Shown in pieces: positions 8,715-16,729 of a stretch of 48,006 bases of DNA. The notes beneath the pieces were generated by a model, which ran no database searches, was not told the origin of the DNA, and saw nothing but the letters and a program-made list of their open reading frames with translations. The stretch is from a virus (Duplodnaviria; Heunggongvirae; Uroviricota; Caudoviricetes): the IMG/VR virus record IMGVR_UViG_2671180673_000006. One strand, given 5' to 3'. Positions within the stretch are counted from its first letter, which is position 1. The number at the start of each line of letters is the position of its first letter. Both the position numbers and the translations under genes were made by a program.

Positions 8715-9871
8715 ATAGTTTAACGGCAAATAACCGTTTGTCGCAACAGCTGGTGGTCAGCGTCGCTGAACACCTGTTGTTACGGCATGAATGCAGATTA
8801 CCAAATCACCTGGCTGTAAGTAACCACAGAGAACTTTACCTGACTGTGGGGGGCGAGTTGTGCAGGAACTTAACCGCTGGTTTCGTGACGGAAGAGGGCT
8901 TTATGTCCATGTTATTCGTTGGGAGCCAGAAACACAGCGCGTTATCTATCTTCGCAAAGACTACCCGCATGAGTGCTTTAGTCCTTTGTGGAAATTCAGG
9001 CGTGATTTTGTTGAGTGTGAAGGACCACCAGCATATTGATTCTGCAATTCCGGGACGTTACACTGCTCAGGCACCTTATAAAGCGGGTGCCGGGATTGGC
9101 GTCCTGAAATTGTCAACGGCGATGTATGACGCGCCAGCGTCTTTTTTATCGTCCGCATTTGCTCACATCCAGATTATGGTGGGCTGGGCGGGGGCACCGA
9201 AAGGTGCGCCGGTCTCCGTTGACGCCGGTTACGCCAACCCCGTCCAGTTCACCACCAGTGAAATTGGCGTTTCCGGTGGTGGAAGTTTTTCACTGTCAAC
9301 GGAGGCTGCCATCATGGCTACGATCCCAGCCCTCACTCAACCTGAAATCACCATTGACAACGGCCAGGCCGTTACCACTTCTTTGGCTGTTGCCAACTTC
9401 TTCTCCAAGCGTCACGACGATGTGCTGAAAAAGATCCGCACTCTGGATTGTTCCCCAGAGTTTTGTGCCCGCAATTTTGCGGAGACATCGATTTCGGTAA
9501 ATCAACCGAACGGTGGTACACGCAAGCTCCCTTGCTATCAAATCACACGAGACGGTTTTGCGTTTCTTGCTATGGGTTTCACGGGTAAACGTGCTGCCCG
9601 GTTCAAAGAGGCATACATAAATGCCTTTAACCAGATGGAAAAACTGCTTTCAAAGCCATCCACGCTGAGCGATGCCGCAGATAACGCCAGCGTGCTTTAC
9701 TCCCACCTGTCGGTAATCCACAAGGTCTGGCTGCAGCAGCTTTATCCCATGTTGGCAAAAGCCGAATCCCCGCTGGCTGTAAGTCTGTATGACCGCATCA
9801 ACGACGCGGCGCTACTGGCCAGTCTCATAAATTTGTCGCTGAACCCTTCAGAGGTAAGGGGGCGCAAATGA
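8711..9871 (+). CDS. Rha-family phage regulatory protein with a long N-terminal extension
   Basis: Residues about 215-305 (...SLAVANFFSKRHDDVLKKIRTLDC...YQITRDGFAFLAMGFTGKRAARFKEAYINAFNQME...) match the Rha domain; a separate in-frame ATG at 9314 with GGAGG 8 nt upstream could start a 185-aa Rha-only protein. Confidence 0.55.
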   Translation: MNSLTANNRLSQQLVVSVAEHLLLRHECRLPNHLAVSNHRELYLTVGGELCRNLTAGFVTEEGFMSMLFVGSQKHSALSIFAKTTRMSALVLCGNSGVILLSVKDHQHIDSAIPGRYTAQAPYKAGAGIGVLKLSTAMYDAPASFLSSAFAHIQIMVGWAGAPKGAPVSVDAGYANPVQFTTSEIGVSGGGSFSLSTEAAIMATIPALTQPEITIDNGQAVTTSLAVANFFSKRHDDVLKKIRTLDCSPEFCARNFAETSISVNQPNGGTRKLPCYQITRDGFAFLAMGFTGKRAARFKEAYINAFNQMEKLLSKPSTLSDAADNASVLYSHLSVIHKVWLQQLYPMLAKAESPLAVSLYDRINDAALLASLINLSLNPSEVRGRK

Positions 9872-10092
9872 TCCGGAATATTTTCAAACGGTTTACCAAT
9901 CATACTTTCCGTTGTCCTCGTCCGGGTCAGTGGTACACCACGCCTGCAGGGCATGTTCTACGTGTTAGCCTGGTTGACCGTGAATGTCAGAAGGTGGTTT
10001 GTGAACCGCTGGGCCGTAATTACCGCGTCAGTATGCCGCTTATAGCCTTTCGCTCCGGAAAAAACATGAAGCATCTCGGAGGTGCAGCATGA
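9868..10092 (+). CDS. hypothetical protein (74 aa)
   Basis: ATG at 9868 overlaps the preceding stop (ATGA); basic small protein. Confidence 0.4.
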   Translation: MIRNIFKRFTNHTFRCPRPGQWYTTPAGHVLRVSLVDRECQKVVCEPLGRNYRVSMPLIAFRSGKNMKHLGGAA

Positions 10093-10907
10093 GTATGGAG
10101 CTGATGGTTAAAGCGATGAAAATTCGAGTGGGTAATCCATTGCGAAAACTGGTTCTGATCAAGCTGGCTGATAATGCCAGCGATCAGGGTGAGTGCTGGC
10201 CCAGCTACCAGCATATTGCTGACCAGTGCGAGATTAGCAAACGTTCTGTGATGAATCATATTGCGGCCCTTTGTGAGTCCGGGCTGGTAAAAAAAGTCAC
10301 CCGGAAAGGTGAAAAAGGTAACTCAAGTAATATCTATCTCCTTCATCTGGATGGTGCAGGAGATTCACTAGGGGGTAGTGCAAATAATTCACTATCTGGT
10401 GCAGCAAATTCACCAGGTAGTGCAGGAGTTGCACCAGGGGGTAGTGCAGGAGATTCACCCAGAACCAGTCACTCTTTTGAACCAGTCAAAGAACCAGTCA
10501 ATGAACCAATAGCTGTTGGTGCATCAGTTGATGAGTCCGTGCGAGTTCGTTCAAACCGACCGGAATACTCTCCGGAGTTTGAGCAGGCATGGCTGGTATA
10601 TCCCAAACGTGCTGGTGGCAATTCAAAATCTGCAGCCTTCAAAGCCTGGAAAGCCCGTTTGAATGAGGGGGTAAACCCCGAAACCATGCTGGAAGGTGTG
10701 AAACGCTACGCGGGCTGGGTATCTGCGATGGGTAACAGCGGCACACAATTTGTGAAACAGGCTGTCACGTTCTTTGGTCCGGATCGTCATTTCGAAGAAT
10801 CCTGGGAAGTTCCTGCGGTATCTGCAGCCAGACGCGAGGACCCGTACTTCAAAGCCAGTTACGACAACGTGGACTACAGCCAGATCCCGGCAGGATTCAG
10901 GGGGTGA
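10089..10907 (+). CDS. replication initiation protein (O-like, N-terminal HTH) with embedded origin repeats
   Basis: 272 aa; ATG at 10089 preceded by GGAGG; N-terminal ...LRKLVLIKLADNASDQGECWPSYQHIADQCEISKRSVMNHIAAL... is the HTH typical of phage initiators; iteron-like repeats lie inside the gene as in lambda O. Confidence 0.6.
   Translation: MSMELMVKAMKIRVGNPLRKLVLIKLADNASDQGECWPSYQHIADQCEISKRSVMNHIAALCESGLVKKVTRKGEKGNSSNIYLLHLDGAGDSLGGSANNSLSGAANSPGSAGVAPGGSAGDSPRTSHSFEPVKEPVNEPIAVGASVDESVRVRSNRPEYSPEFEQAWLVYPKRAGGNSKSAAFKAWKARLNEGVNPETMLEGVKRYAGWVSAMGNSGTQFVKQAVTFFGPDRHFEESWEVPAVSAARREDPYFKASYDNVDYSQIPAGFRG
10353..10510. repeat. iteron-like direct repeats (candidate origin of replication)
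   Basis: About five imperfect copies of GGT(A)GTGCA(GG/AA)A(T/A)TTCAC(C) at 10353-10460, then three copies of GAACCAGTCA (10463-10500) and GAACCAAT; they encode a Gly/Ser/Ala-rich linker. Confidence 0.5.
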
Positions 10908-10909
10908 GC

Positions 10910-11398
10910 ATGAGTCTTTTGAATGACGTTCAGAAATTCATTGAAGCCCATCCGGGGTGTACTTCCGGAGACATTGCGGATGCTTTTGCTGGTTACTCAC
11001 GGCAGCGCGTTCTGCAGTCAGCAAGCAAGTTACGTCAGAGTGGGCGTGTGGCTCACCGTTGTGAAGGAGATACACGCAGACATTTCCCACGCCTGACTGA
11101 GAGAGCGCAGGATCCGGAACCACAACCAGTTCGTGAAACCAGACCTGTGCGCAATTTCTATGTCGGCACTAACGATCCCCGTGTGATTTTGTGCCTGACC
11201 CGCCAGGCTGAAGAACTGGAGTCCAGGGGCTTATACCGTCGTGCTGCAACGGTGTGGATGGCGGCATTCCGTGAAAGCCACTCCCAGCCAGAACGAAACA
11301 ATTTTCTGGCACGTCGTGAGCGGTGCTTACGGAAAAGCAGCAAGCGCGCTGCATCGGGTGAAGAGTGGTATCTGTCAGGGAATTTCGTGGGGGCTTAA
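10910..11398 (+). CDS. putative regulator with ANR/PerC-like motif
   Basis: 162 aa from ATG 10910 (an in-frame GTG at 10904 is also possible); motif ...AEELESRGLYRRAATVWMAAF... recalls the ANR/PerC signature; tentative; occupies the slot where lambda has P. Confidence 0.4.
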   Translation: MSLLNDVQKFIEAHPGCTSGDIADAFAGYSRQRVLQSASKLRQSGRVAHRCEGDTRRHFPRLTERAQDPEPQPVRETRPVRNFYVGTNDPRVILCLTRQAEELESRGLYRRAATVWMAAFRESHSQPERNNFLARRERCLRKSSKRAASGEEWYLSGNFVGA

Positions 11399-12051
11399 TG
11401 AGTAATAAATATTGCCAGGCGCTGGTGGAACTGCGGAACAAACCAGCCCATGAACTGAAGGAAGTGGGCGATCAGTGGCGCACGCCGGACAACATTTTCT
11501 GGGGAATTAACACCCTGTTTGGCCCGTTTGTTCTGGATCTGTTCACTGACGGTGATAACGCCAAATGTGCTGCGTATTACACGGCGGAAGACAACGCGCT
11601 GGCGCATGACTGGTCAGAACGTCTTGCGGAGCTTAAAGGGGCTGCCTTTGGTAATCCCCCATACAGCCGCGCCAGTCAGCATGAGGGGCAATACATCACC
11701 GGCATGCGTTACATCATGAAACATGCCAGTGCCATGCGTGATAAGGGGGGGCGCTATGTTTTCCTGATCAAAGCTGCCACCAGCGAAGTGTGGTGGCCGG
11801 AAGATGCGGACCATATTGCTTTTATTCGAGGGCGTATTGGTTTTGAACTGCCTGCCTGGTTTATCCCGAAAGACGAGAAGCAGGTACCGACAGGCGCTTT
11901 CTTCGCTGGTGCTATTGCTGTTTTCGACAAGACCTGGAAGGGACCGGCAATCAGCTACATCGGGCGCGATGAACTTGAGGCATGTGGTGAGGCCTTTCTG
12001 GCGCAGGTTCGCCAGCAGGCAGAAAAACTGGTCAGGGAGATGGCGGCATGA
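11398..12051 (+). CDS. phage DNA N6-adenine methyltransferase
   Basis: 217 aa from ATG 11398 (overlaps the preceding stop); contains the NPPY catalytic motif (...AAFGNPPYSRA...) of N6-adenine methyltransferases. Confidence 0.7.
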   Translation: MSNKYCQALVELRNKPAHELKEVGDQWRTPDNIFWGINTLFGPFVLDLFTDGDNAKCAAYYTAEDNALAHDWSERLAELKGAAFGNPPYSRASQHEGQYITGMRYIMKHASAMRDKGGRYVFLIKAATSEVWWPEDADHIAFIRGRIGFELPAWFIPKDEKQVPTGAFFAGAIAVFDKTWKGPAISYIGRDELEACGEAFLAQVRQQAEKLVREMAA

Positions 12052-12374
12052 CGACGTTAACTCAATGCCAGCAGCAGGTGCTGGATATGCTGATTTCTTA
12101 TCAGAAAGAACGTGGCTTCCCGCCAACCAATCAGGAGGTGGCAACCATGCTGGGATACCGTTCAGTGAATGCAGCGGTGGAGCATCTTCGCGCACTGGAG
12201 AAAAAAGGCGTCATCACGATAAAGCGTGGTGTGGCCCGGGGGATCACGCTTCATACCGCAGTGAAGGACGACGACAGCGAAGCGGTCGGGATTATCCGCT
12301 CACTGCTTGCCGGTGAGGAAAACGCAAGGCTGCGTGCAACTCACTGGTTACATGAGAGAGGCCTGAAAGTATGA
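12048..12374 (+). CDS. LexA-N-terminal-like winged-helix DNA-binding protein
   Basis: 108 aa; ...QVLDMLISYQKERGFPPTNQEVATMLGYRSVNAAVEHLRALEKKGVI... resembles the LexA DNA-binding domain; overlaps neighbours by 4 nt. Confidence 0.5.
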   Translation: MTTLTQCQQQVLDMLISYQKERGFPPTNQEVATMLGYRSVNAAVEHLRALEKKGVITIKRGVARGITLHTAVKDDDSEAVGIIRSLLAGEENARLRATHWLHERGLKV

Positions 12375-12760
12375 AGCTGATCCTGCCTTTCCCGCCCAGC
12401 GTGAACACGTACTGGCGACACCCCAACAAAGGGGCATTTGCTGGTAAGAGCCTGATAAGCGCGGCGGGGCGAAAATTTCAGAGCGCGGCGTGTGCAGCAA
12501 TAGTTGAGCAGTTACGTCGTCTGCCAAAACCAACGTCGGCACCTGCTTCAGTGGAGATCGTGTTGTTTCCTCCTGATAATAGGATCCGCGATCTGGACAA
12601 CTATAACAAGGCACTGTTTGACGCCCTGACACACGCGGGTGTGTGGGAAGACGACAGCCAGGTGAAAAGAATGCTGGTGGAGTGGGGACCGGTTATCCCG
12701 GAAGGGAAGGTCGAGATCACTATCAGTAAGTACGAGAAAACGGCGGGTGCAGCCGCCTGA
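12371..12760 (+). CDS. rusA: RusA-type Holliday junction resolvase
   Basis: 129 aa; N-terminal ...LPFPPSVNTYWRH... and ...DLDNYNKALFDALTHAGVWEDDSQV... match conserved RusA motifs. Confidence 0.8.
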   Translation: MKLILPFPPSVNTYWRHPNKGAFAGKSLISAAGRKFQSAACAAIVEQLRRLPKPTSAPASVEIVLFPPDNRIRDLDNYNKALFDALTHAGVWEDDSQVKRMLVEWGPVIPEGKVEITISKYEKTAGAAA

Positions 12761-12779
12761 TTAAGAGGAGAAACGAAGT

Positions 12780-13589
12780 ATGAATAATCTGATGGTCATT
12801 GATGGTATTGAAGTTCGTCGTGATGCTTATGGGCGTTACAGCCTGAACGATCTGCATCGCGCAGCAGTAGCATCTGGTGCAAATGCCAGAACCAAGGAGC
12901 CAGGAAAGTTTCTTTCCAGCCAACAAACTGTTGAGCTTGTTCATGAATTGACCAACACCCAGAATTTGGGTGTTGACCCGGTGAGTGTGATTCATGGGGG
13001 AAATGAACGGGGAACGTATGTCTGTAAGGAACTGGTGTATGCCTATGCAATGTGGATCAGCCCGTCATTCCATCTGAAGGTGATCCGTACTTTCGACATG
13101 GTAACCAGCGCACCGGAAAAATTATCCGGGCAGGCTGCTGACAAGATGCAGGCTGGTGTGATTCTGCTGGACTTTATGCGTCGGGAGTTAAACCTGTCTA
13201 ACTCATCTGTGCTTGGTGCCTGTCAGAAACTCCAGGAGGCTGTTGGCTTACCGAATCTGGCACCGCGCTATGCCATTGATGCTCCTGCTGACGCGCCTGA
13301 TGGCTCAAGTCGCCCCACGCTGTCGCTGAGTGCACTGCTGAAGCAATATGGTATCCGCCTGACGGCTAATCAGGCATATCACCAGATGGCGAAGCTGGGG
13401 ATCGTTGAACAACGCGAACGATACAGCCGTACCGCGATTAACAACATCAAAAAATTCTGGTCGCTGACGGCGAAAGGCTGCATGTTCGGCAAGAACATCA
13501 CCAGTCCTGCAAATCCGCGCGAGACGCAGCCGCATTTCTTCGAATCCCGATTCCCTGAGCTGTTAAAGCTGCTCGATACCGTTCACTGA
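12780..13589 (+). CDS. KilA-N domain protein (antirepressor-like)
   Basis: 269 aa; ATG at 12780 preceded by AAGAGGAGAAA; N-terminal ...IDGIEVRRDAYGRYSLNDLHRAA... fits the KilA-N fold signature. Confidence 0.6.
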   Translation: MNNLMVIDGIEVRRDAYGRYSLNDLHRAAVASGANARTKEPGKFLSSQQTVELVHELTNTQNLGVDPVSVIHGGNERGTYVCKELVYAYAMWISPSFHLKVIRTFDMVTSAPEKLSGQAADKMQAGVILLDFMRRELNLSNSSVLGACQKLQEAVGLPNLAPRYAIDAPADAPDGSSRPTLSLSALLKQYGIRLTANQAYHQMAKLGIVEQRERYSRTAINNIKKFWSLTAKGCMFGKNITSPANPRETQPHFFESRFPELLKLLDTVH

Positions 13590-13604
13590 TGGGAGGCGTG
13601 GAGC

Positions 13605-14120
13605 ATGAGAATTACACCACCCCATCTGCAGCCAGTTTTATCCAGGGTTAAACGTTTTGTTGAACGAATGCCGGAAGGCGCAACACTGACCCAGATATCA
13701 CAGAAAGTGCAGGCGTACAGTCTACTGAATAAAAGGGATAAGGAGATACTCATTGGCATTATCCGCGACAGTGGACTTCTGGTCGTTGCGAATGATGGAA
13801 GAACTACAACGTTACATCATCCTAAATTTGGACATCAGGCAGTAAATAGTGAAATACCAGTAAAAACAGAGGAACCCGTTGTGATTAAAAAGACCGTTAC
13901 TCCGGATGAATTACGCAGGCATGCTGAGGAGCTGATCAGGGCTGCGGAAGAAGCAGAGAAGAAATTTAATGATCGTGCGGAAATTAAAAAGCAACTGGAT
14001 CCTCTGAAACTGGAAATCCTCCAGGCGTATGGAATGGCAAGTCGTAAATTTGATGAGTTTGTTGATGCTATGGCGGATATGGGGAAAGCGGTACAGAAAC
14101 TGAAACAGATTGTGCTGTGA
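13605..14120 (+). CDS. hypothetical protein (171 aa)
   Basis: ATG at 13605 preceded by GGGAGG; helical, Lys/Glu-rich C-terminus. Confidence 0.5.
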   Translation: MRITPPHLQPVLSRVKRFVERMPEGATLTQISQKVQAYSLLNKRDKEILIGIIRDSGLLVVANDGRTTTLHHPKFGHQAVNSEIPVKTEEPVVIKKTVTPDELRRHAEELIRAAEEAEKKFNDRAEIKKQLDPLKLEILQAYGMASRKFDEFVDAMADMGKAVQKLKQIVL

Positions 14121-14129
14121 GGTTCTACG

Positions 14130-15119
14130 TTGAGAGCACTGCTGACCCCTGAAATAGCCCCGCGTATGGGGATCGTCTTGTTCAGACCCGGTTCAGAGCT
14201 GATGCCCCTGTTTATGCAGGGGCGTGTCCTGCTGGAGCCTGAGCCGGAACGTTATTCATCTTTTGCCAGTGGTGCCGTTCCGGCAGCATCACAACCGCTG
14301 GCGGATGATCCTGCCGTTCGGGCCGTGTTCCGCCATGAGGCGGTGATCCGTCGTGCTGGTGGCGTGGAATGCCTTGAGAGCTGGTTACTTCGTGAAAAGG
14401 GCTGTCAGTGGCCTCATTCCGACTGGCACAGCGAGAACATGACCACAATGCGGCACGCGCCAGGCGCAATCCGTCTGTGCTGGCACTGTGACAATCTTCT
14501 CCGTGACCAGTTCACGGAACGGCTGGAATCAATGGCAACGGATAACTGTGCCCGCTGGGTGTTATCTGTTGTGCGCCGTGATCTTGGTTTTGATGACAGT
14601 CACGTTGTGACAATGCCGGAACTGTGCTGGTGGCTGATTCGTAATGACCTGGCGGATGCCTTACCGGAAAGTGCAGCCCGTAAGGCACTGAGATTACCGA
14701 AGCCTGTTGTGCCGTCTGTCACCCGGGAAAGTGACCTTGTGCCTTCGGTTACTGCCACCAGCATCATCCAGGATAAGGCGAAAAAGGTGCTGGCGCTGAA
14801 AGTGGATCCGGAGTCGCCGGAGTCTTTTATGTTACGCCCAAAACGTCGTCGCTGGGTTAATGAAAAGTACACGCGCTGGGTTAAGACGCAGCCGTGTGCA
14901 TGTTGTGGTAAGCCAGCCGACGATCCTCATCACCTGATTGGTCATGGTCAGGGTGGAATGGGTACAAAAGCGCATGACCTTTTTGTGTTGCCTTTGTGCA
15001 GAAAACACCATGACGAACTGCATGCGGATACCGTGGCATTTGAAGAGAAGTATGGTTCCCAACTGGAGCTGATATTTCGTTTTATCGATCGCGCGCTGGC
15101 GATTGGTGTGCTGTCCTGA
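14130..15119 (+). CDS. DUF968-type protein (nin-region)
   Basis: 329 aa; TTG start at 14130 with GAGG upstream (first in-frame ATG is 14166); Cys/His-rich C-terminus ...CACCGKPADDPHHLIGHGQGGMGTKAHDLFVLPLCRKHHDELHAD... Confidence 0.55.
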   Translation: MRALLTPEIAPRMGIVLFRPGSELMPLFMQGRVLLEPEPERYSSFASGAVPAASQPLADDPAVRAVFRHEAVIRRAGGVECLESWLLREKGCQWPHSDWHSENMTTMRHAPGAIRLCWHCDNLLRDQFTERLESMATDNCARWVLSVVRRDLGFDDSHVVTMPELCWWLIRNDLADALPESAARKALRLPKPVVPSVTRESDLVPSVTATSIIQDKAKKVLALKVDPESPESFMLRPKRRRWVNEKYTRWVKTQPCACCGKPADDPHHLIGHGQGGMGTKAHDLFVLPLCRKHHDELHADTVAFEEKYGSQLELIFRFIDRALAIGVLS

Positions 15120-15136
15120 TTTTGTGGAGAAAGTTG

Positions 15137-15517
15137 ATGCGTGATATTCAGATGGTTCTTGAACGCTGGGGGGCATGGGCGGCAAGTGGTAACACCGGGG
15201 TGGACTATTCTCCGATCGCTGCCGGATTCAAAGGACTTTTACCATCTGCCACTAAACCACGTCCGGCCTGCTGCGATGATGACGGACTTATCATTGAAAA
15301 CTGTCTTGCTCGTCTGAAGCAGAAAAAACCTGAGGAGTATTCGCTTCTCATTGCTCATTATTTGTTGCGAATATCAAAAAGACAGATAGCCAGGACGAGA
15401 AAGAAAAGCGAAAAAGCAATACGAATTGAGATGCAGATAGCCGAAGGGTTTATTGACGGATGTTTGTCTGTGCTGGGGGTAAGACTGGAGATGGACGACT
15501 GGCTGCTAAAAAAGTAA
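15137..15517 (+). CDS. Q: late-gene antiterminator Q (short Q family)
   Basis: 126 aa from ATG 15137 preceded by GGAGAAAG; ...MRDIQMVLERWGAWAAS... matches the short antiterminator-Q signature; followed by a terminator and the late region. Confidence 0.6.
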   Translation: MRDIQMVLERWGAWAASGNTGVDYSPIAAGFKGLLPSATKPRPACCDDDGLIIENCLARLKQKKPEEYSLLIAHYLLRISKRQIARTRKKSEKAIRIEMQIAEGFIDGCLSVLGVRLEMDDWLLKK

Positions 15518-15585
15518 AAAATGATTAGTGCGGTCCGCAAAAAGTATGTCAGTATGTTAAGAGTGGTTACTTCGCCACACAGCTT
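15518..15585 (+). promoter_or_regulatory. candidate late promoter (pR'-like) and Q-utilisation region
   Basis: Positional inference only: intergenic segment between Q and the terminator at 15586-15610; no -35/-10 hexamers confidently assigned. Confidence 0.3.
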
Positions 15586-15610
15586 AAACCCGCCGCGAGC
15601 GGGTTTTTTT
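15586..15610 (+). terminator. intrinsic terminator (tR'-like)
   Basis: AAACCCGC-cgcga-GCGGGTT followed by TTTTTTT, 70 nt after Q. Confidence 0.6.
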
Positions 15611-15668
15611 ATGGCTGAACGTTAAATGCGCTGGTGGTTGTGAATGCCGACTGCGGCGGTATTTTGGC

Positions 15669-15947
15669 GTGACGGCGCAGGTGCCGTATACCGATGTCTG
15701 GACGCATAAACCGGTGCAGTTCTATCCCGGGAAACATCCGTGCGAAAAACCGGCAGAAATGCTGCAGCAGATAATCAGCGCTAGCAGTCGTCCGGGTGAC
15801 CTGATTGCAGATTTTTTCATGGGGTCGGGTTCGACAGTGAAAGCGGCACTGGCGCTCGGGCGTCGTGCAATTGGCGTTGAGCTGGAGACTGAACGTTTTG
15901 AGCAGACGGTTCGGGAAGTACAGGATTTAGTCAGCCAGAACGGATGA
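15669..15947 (+). pseudogene. C-terminal fragment of a beta-class N4/N6 DNA methyltransferase
   Basis: 92-aa ORF with GTG start; has the SAM-binding motif ...DLIADFFMGSGSTVKAA... but no catalytic (D/N)PPY segment, which normally lies N-terminal; upstream holds only a 4-codon ATG ORF. Confidence 0.5.
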
Positions 15948-15987
15948 TATTGAAGAATTAATTACGCGTCGTTATTATGCGGCTCCC

Positions 15988-16063
15988 GGCCCTTTAGATC
16001 AGTGGTGAGAGCGAGCGATTCATAATCGCTAGGTCGCTGGTTCAAATCCAGCAAGGGCCACCA
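15988..16063 (+). tRNA. ileZ: tRNA with CAU anticodon (Ile2/lysidine-type by resemblance to E. coli ileX; Met not excluded)
   Basis: 76-nt cloverleaf drawn by hand: acceptor GGCCCTT/AAGGGCC, anticodon loop TTCATAA (CAT at 16021-16023), T-arm GGTTCAAATCC, 3' CCA encoded; D-stem has an A11:G24 mismatch. Confidence 0.75.
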
Positions 16064-16070
16064 TCACATA

Positions 16071-16147
16071 CCGCCATTAGCTCATCAGGATAGAGCGCCA
16101 GCCTTCGAAGCTGGTTGCGCGGGGTTCGAGTCCTCGATGGCGGTCCA
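16071..16147 (+). tRNA. argN: tRNA-Arg (anticodon UCG)
   Basis: 77 nt: acceptor CCGCCAT/ATGGCGG, D-stem GCTC/GAGC, anticodon stem CCAGC/GCTGG with loop CTTCGAA (TCG at 16105-16107), T-loop TTCGAGT, CCA encoded; the C1:G72 start is unusual. Confidence 0.65.
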
Positions 16148-16160
16148 TTATCTGTACCCT

Positions 16161-16237
16161 GCGTTATTAGCTCAGCCGGACAGAGCAATTGCCTTCTAAG
16201 CAATCGGTCACTGGTTCGAATCCAGTACAACGCGCCA
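16161..16237 (+). tRNA. argO: tRNA-Arg (anticodon UCU)
   Basis: 77 nt: acceptor GCGTTAT/ACAACGC (one A:C mismatch), D-stem GCTC/GAGC, anticodon stem ATTGC/GCAAT with loop CTTCTAA (TCT at 16195-16197), T-loop TTCGAAT, CCA encoded. Confidence 0.75.
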
Positions 16238-16247
16238 GACTTATTTT

Positions 16248-16278
16248 TCCCGGCTCGCTTTTGCGGGCTTTTTTTTAA
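16248..16278 (+). terminator. candidate terminator after the tRNA cluster
   Basis: GCTCGC-tttt-GCGGGC (one G:U pair) followed by TTTTTTTT. Confidence 0.4.
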
Positions 16279-16729
16279 ATGTCTCACAATTCAGACGGTT
16301 GACAGTTGTCTGTTTTGCGGGGAGTTTGTTAAAAGAAACTGGCATGGTGAATCCCCCTGTGCGGAGGGGCAATCAGCAACTGGTGTTTTGTCACCGACCC
16401 TTATCCTTTCTGTGCGGGTTCAGGTGCTGATACTGAACTCACCGGGAGGCACCCGGCATCATGTGCATGATGATACAGATACGCGGCTTTAGCCCCTCTC
16501 CGGAGGGGCTTTCTTGTGGGCAAAAAAAAGCCCGAGTGGGTTCGGGCAACAGCATGAGATATACATTTTTATAATCGAATGGATTTTAACCAGAATTCAT
16601 AAGGCTGCGCAACTGCGCGGTCTTTTTCGAATTGCGGGCTGTCGTCTCTCTTCTGCCATTGTCCTGTAACTTCCGGACTTCAGCCCGCTCCTTATTTTAC
16701 TCACAATATTATCCCGGCCGGGAGGATTC

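Noticed and set aside
16238-16729. stx toxin genes between the tRNA cluster and the NanS-p-type gene
   Set aside because: No ORF of the expected size or sequence is present; the interval is about 490 bp of hairpin-rich non-coding DNA.
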